A DNA stretch of 64,000 nucleotides from a virus (lineage: Duplodnaviria; Caudoviricetes), in IMG/VR virus record IMGVR_UViG_3300048598_000287, positions 1-64,000 of that record. One strand, given 5' to 3'. The first letter of the stretch is position 1. Each line of letters starts with the position of its first letter. The position numbers and the translations under genes are program-made. The notes beneath the pieces were generated by a model, which worked only from the letters and a program-made list of their open reading frames with translations, did no database searches and was not told the origin of the DNA. Below are positions 61,528 through 64,000 of the stretch, one piece after another.

Positions 61528-61608
61528 ATGGATCCTTTTTTTTCACCAAATATATACAAAAAAAATCTGGACGGCAACCGTCCAGAATGAGAAAGTTTAC
61601 CAGGTAAG

Positions 61609-63843
61609 TTAAATTCCTCCTGGATTCTTGGAGATTTCATATTCTTTTATTTCCTTCACCCATTCAGGATATGATATCCAGGTGTTTATATTCTCCTTGA
61701 ACGCGTCAGGAGTATCCTGTTCGCCGTAAGAATCGCAACATATAGCGCCGATTTTGTCTAACGGAATCTGGTCGAACATCATTTGCAAAGATTCCGCATC
61801 ATTTTTCAGTTTTGCCTGACCCTCAAAGCAAAAATCGCTATACACCAGCACATAATCGAAATCATCGGCAAAAATCAGGTGATTCTTATTTATTTCATCT
61901 TCATTATATTTTATCTCCCGCTGATCGTTTTCATCATTAGGAGGATATACATATGGAGATAGCCGATCGGCCAGACATCGTATGTCAGTTCCACTTCCTC
62001 CGACATGGGTTGACACTTCGCTTCCGGAATCCTTCAGTGATGGGTTTCCTCCGGAAGAGATTGCATCGGCGATGGATGCATCAAACGGGCGGGGAATGTC
62101 GCAAGAATCATCCCAGAAGACATAGTATACATTCTGCCCGCCTAGCTGGGTTGCTATGCTTCCTAAAAGATTCATGGCACCTTTGAGAAGAATGGAAGGA
62201 TGCCACATGGATCCTGATGCATCTATTGCTATGAGTATGTTGGAAGAATATTCCGCCTGGTCTTGCATTTTGTTGGTTTGAAACGTGGTCTTCTGAAAAC
62301 GGATATGTCCGGGTTTACGTTCGCTCTGATCCGAGCTTGCATTCTGTATCATGGATACTATTCGGTTTGCTATTTCCAATTCTGCATGAGAGGACACTTT
62401 CATCTTGCTGCTTTCGGATTCACCGATTTTATCCAATGATGCGAATGCGTTTGCGGAAGGCCCGCCTTTCTTGCTCATGATATTGATGTTTCCCGCTATA
62501 TCGCGCGCGGACTGTGCAAAATTACCTATGGGCGCACTACCGGGATTTCCCGCATTGGAAAAATTGGTGGGATCATTGGCGAACTTGGCGAGATTTCCAG
62601 GCAGTCCCTGAATTTTCTGCGTAGTAGCTTCCTTCACCTCGTTTGCGATATCGGTGAGCTCATTTACATTGTTCAGGGCATTTGAATCTATTTTGTTAGT
62701 TCCTGGTTTTGAACTTTTTACGGAAGATTCTCCATTTTCGGATTCCTTCCCGTCTTTACCTTGCTGGTTGACGCTTCCTGATGTCTTCGCCCCCAAAGCA
62801 TCACCAGGTGCATGTTCCCCGTTACCTGATGTGTTTCCAGATTCACCTGATTTACCGTTATCTTCGGATGGAGATCCATTTTCTCCACCGTTTTCCGAAG
62901 GTTTCGACACTCCGGTATTTGTAGAAGATTCACCATCTCCGGTATTCTGACTTTCATCACCGGAGTCATCTTCTCCTTTATCGCCGTCATCGGCAAATGT
63001 ATATCCTGCTTCCCTGGCAGACTGCTTCTCTTCAGGCGTAAGTCCGGACGTATCGCCGGCGCCATTTTCATCCTTCTTGGATCCGGGAGGTTCTTTTTCT
63101 GAATATGATCCTGATTTCTGACTAGGAGAATTAGGCTCAGACGGGGTCTGCCCGTTTTTACCTTCTCCTGACTCGGATCCGCCTTGCGGTTGAGTTTGCC
63201 CGGACGATCCACCTGAAACAGACGGTGGAGTCGCCCCGGCATTGATGAGATATGCTATATATTGTCTAATGGTTTCCAGATTCCAGTCTTCTGTTCCGAA
63301 ATTCCCAGGAGCAGACGTGCCAGCCCCGCTTGGATCATGATATGCAGTGGTATTCATTACTGCATATGCTTTCTTTACGCCATCCATCAAAGATTCATTG
63401 GCGAATGCATTTTCAAGAGCAGAAAGGGCAGCGTTAAGCGCGCCGTTACTAGTACGGATCTTATTAAACACGCCAAGATGGGAAAGCATTATCTGAACAG
63501 CTTTGGTATGAGGAATACCTATTCCGTTCCTCACGCCATAATATCCGCATCGTATTGCAAGTCCTATTGTAGCGCATATAGCATAAAATGCTACATAATC
63601 CTTATCTTCATATAGTTGGTGGATATATGCCGGATTGTATACTATGCATCCGGCGTCTGATTTTCCATATTCGGCGAACAATGATATGGTCTCGGTATCC
63701 ATATCGCTTTTTGCCGGTATCCATGCATATTGCGCCAATGCGCTAGTGAACATAAGCACCGGCGAATTAGGCGCCTCTGCTGCATCTTTTAGTTCTTTTA
63801 GCTCACTTTTTATCTGGCCTTCTGAAAATGCGGTTCTGCTCAT
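61609..63843 (-). CDS. vWA-domain protein with long Gly/Ser/acidic linker (DUF2201-like architecture)
   Basis: IAIDASGSM MIDAS motif, GGSGTD, YSD; low-complexity central region. Confidence 0.7.
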   Translation of the reverse strand: MSRTAFSEGQIKSELKELKDAAEAPNSPVLMFTSALAQYAWIPAKSDMDTETISLFAEYGKSDAGCIVYNPAYIHQLYEDKDYVAFYAICATIGLAIRCGYYGVRNGIGIPHTKAVQIMLSHLGVFNKIRTSNGALNAALSALENAFANESLMDGVKKAYAVMNTTAYHDPSGAGTSAPGNFGTEDWNLETIRQYIAYLINAGATPPSVSGGSSGQTQPQGGSESGEGKNGQTPSEPNSPSQKSGSYSEKEPPGSKKDENGAGDTSGLTPEEKQSAREAGYTFADDGDKGEDDSGDESQNTGDGESSTNTGVSKPSENGGENGSPSEDNGKSGESGNTSGNGEHAPGDALGAKTSGSVNQQGKDGKESENGESSVKSSKPGTNKIDSNALNNVNELTDIANEVKEATTQKIQGLPGNLAKFANDPTNFSNAGNPGSAPIGNFAQSARDIAGNINIMSKKGGPSANAFASLDKIGESESSKMKVSSHAELEIANRIVSMIQNASSDQSERKPGHIRFQKTTFQTNKMQDQAEYSSNILIAIDASGSMWHPSILLKGAMNLLGSIATQLGGQNVYYVFWDDSCDIPRPFDASIADAISSGGNPSLKDSGSEVSTHVGGSGTDIRCLADRLSPYVYPPNDENDQREIKYNEDEINKNHLIFADDFDYVLVYSDFCFEGQAKLKNDAESLQMMFDQIPLDKIGAICCDSYGEQDTPDAFKENINTWISYPEWVKEIKEYEISKNPGGI

Positions 63844-64000
63844 TTATTTCTCGGAAAAATCAAATATAGTTTATATAAGATTGGCGAAAGAATATATGAA
63901 TTACGCATTCTATCATGAGAAACTTTCCATTAGCAATGCATTCAGCACGTTTTGCATACCGCCGCTACATTAGTGATGTACCGTTTAATTATTTCCACCA

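Overview
The window looks like an accessory/early region of a large (jumbo-type) bacteriophage genome. It has dense small ORFs, phage-type RNA ligase, NADAR, DUF932, orphan DNA methyltransferases and one tRNA, and no housekeeping genes. (1) 1-5.7 kb holds a compact type I CRISPR-Cas locus: Cas7fv-like, Cas5fv-like and Cas6 genes, a 28-bp-repeat/33-bp-spacer array, then a stand-alone Cas3 without Cas2 fusion. No cas1/cas2 is in view, and a solitary repeat unit lies at 6.43 kb. (2) About 24 paralogous YD-like (WYEYDxNGNxIHxKxSDG) repeat proteins have swappable N-terminal modules. (3) Two recurring promoter-like motifs are present. (4) A tRNA-Ile with a rare UAU anticodon and a non-autonomous TnpB element are present. 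(5) Most notable: nine paralogous ~140-aa genes starting MAELTIEEARKIY (46.9-56.5 kb) each end inside a 36-nt hairpin repeat that continues as a small CRISPR-like array, typically 36-nt repeat plus ~30-nt unique spacer. One spacer matches a YD-repeat gene in this window at 30/31 nt, another matches a gene remnant at 19/19 nt, both antisense to the coding strand. This is a candidate undescribed guide-array or tail-diversifying system. All family assignments are by motif recognition from memory and need HMM or structure confirmation.
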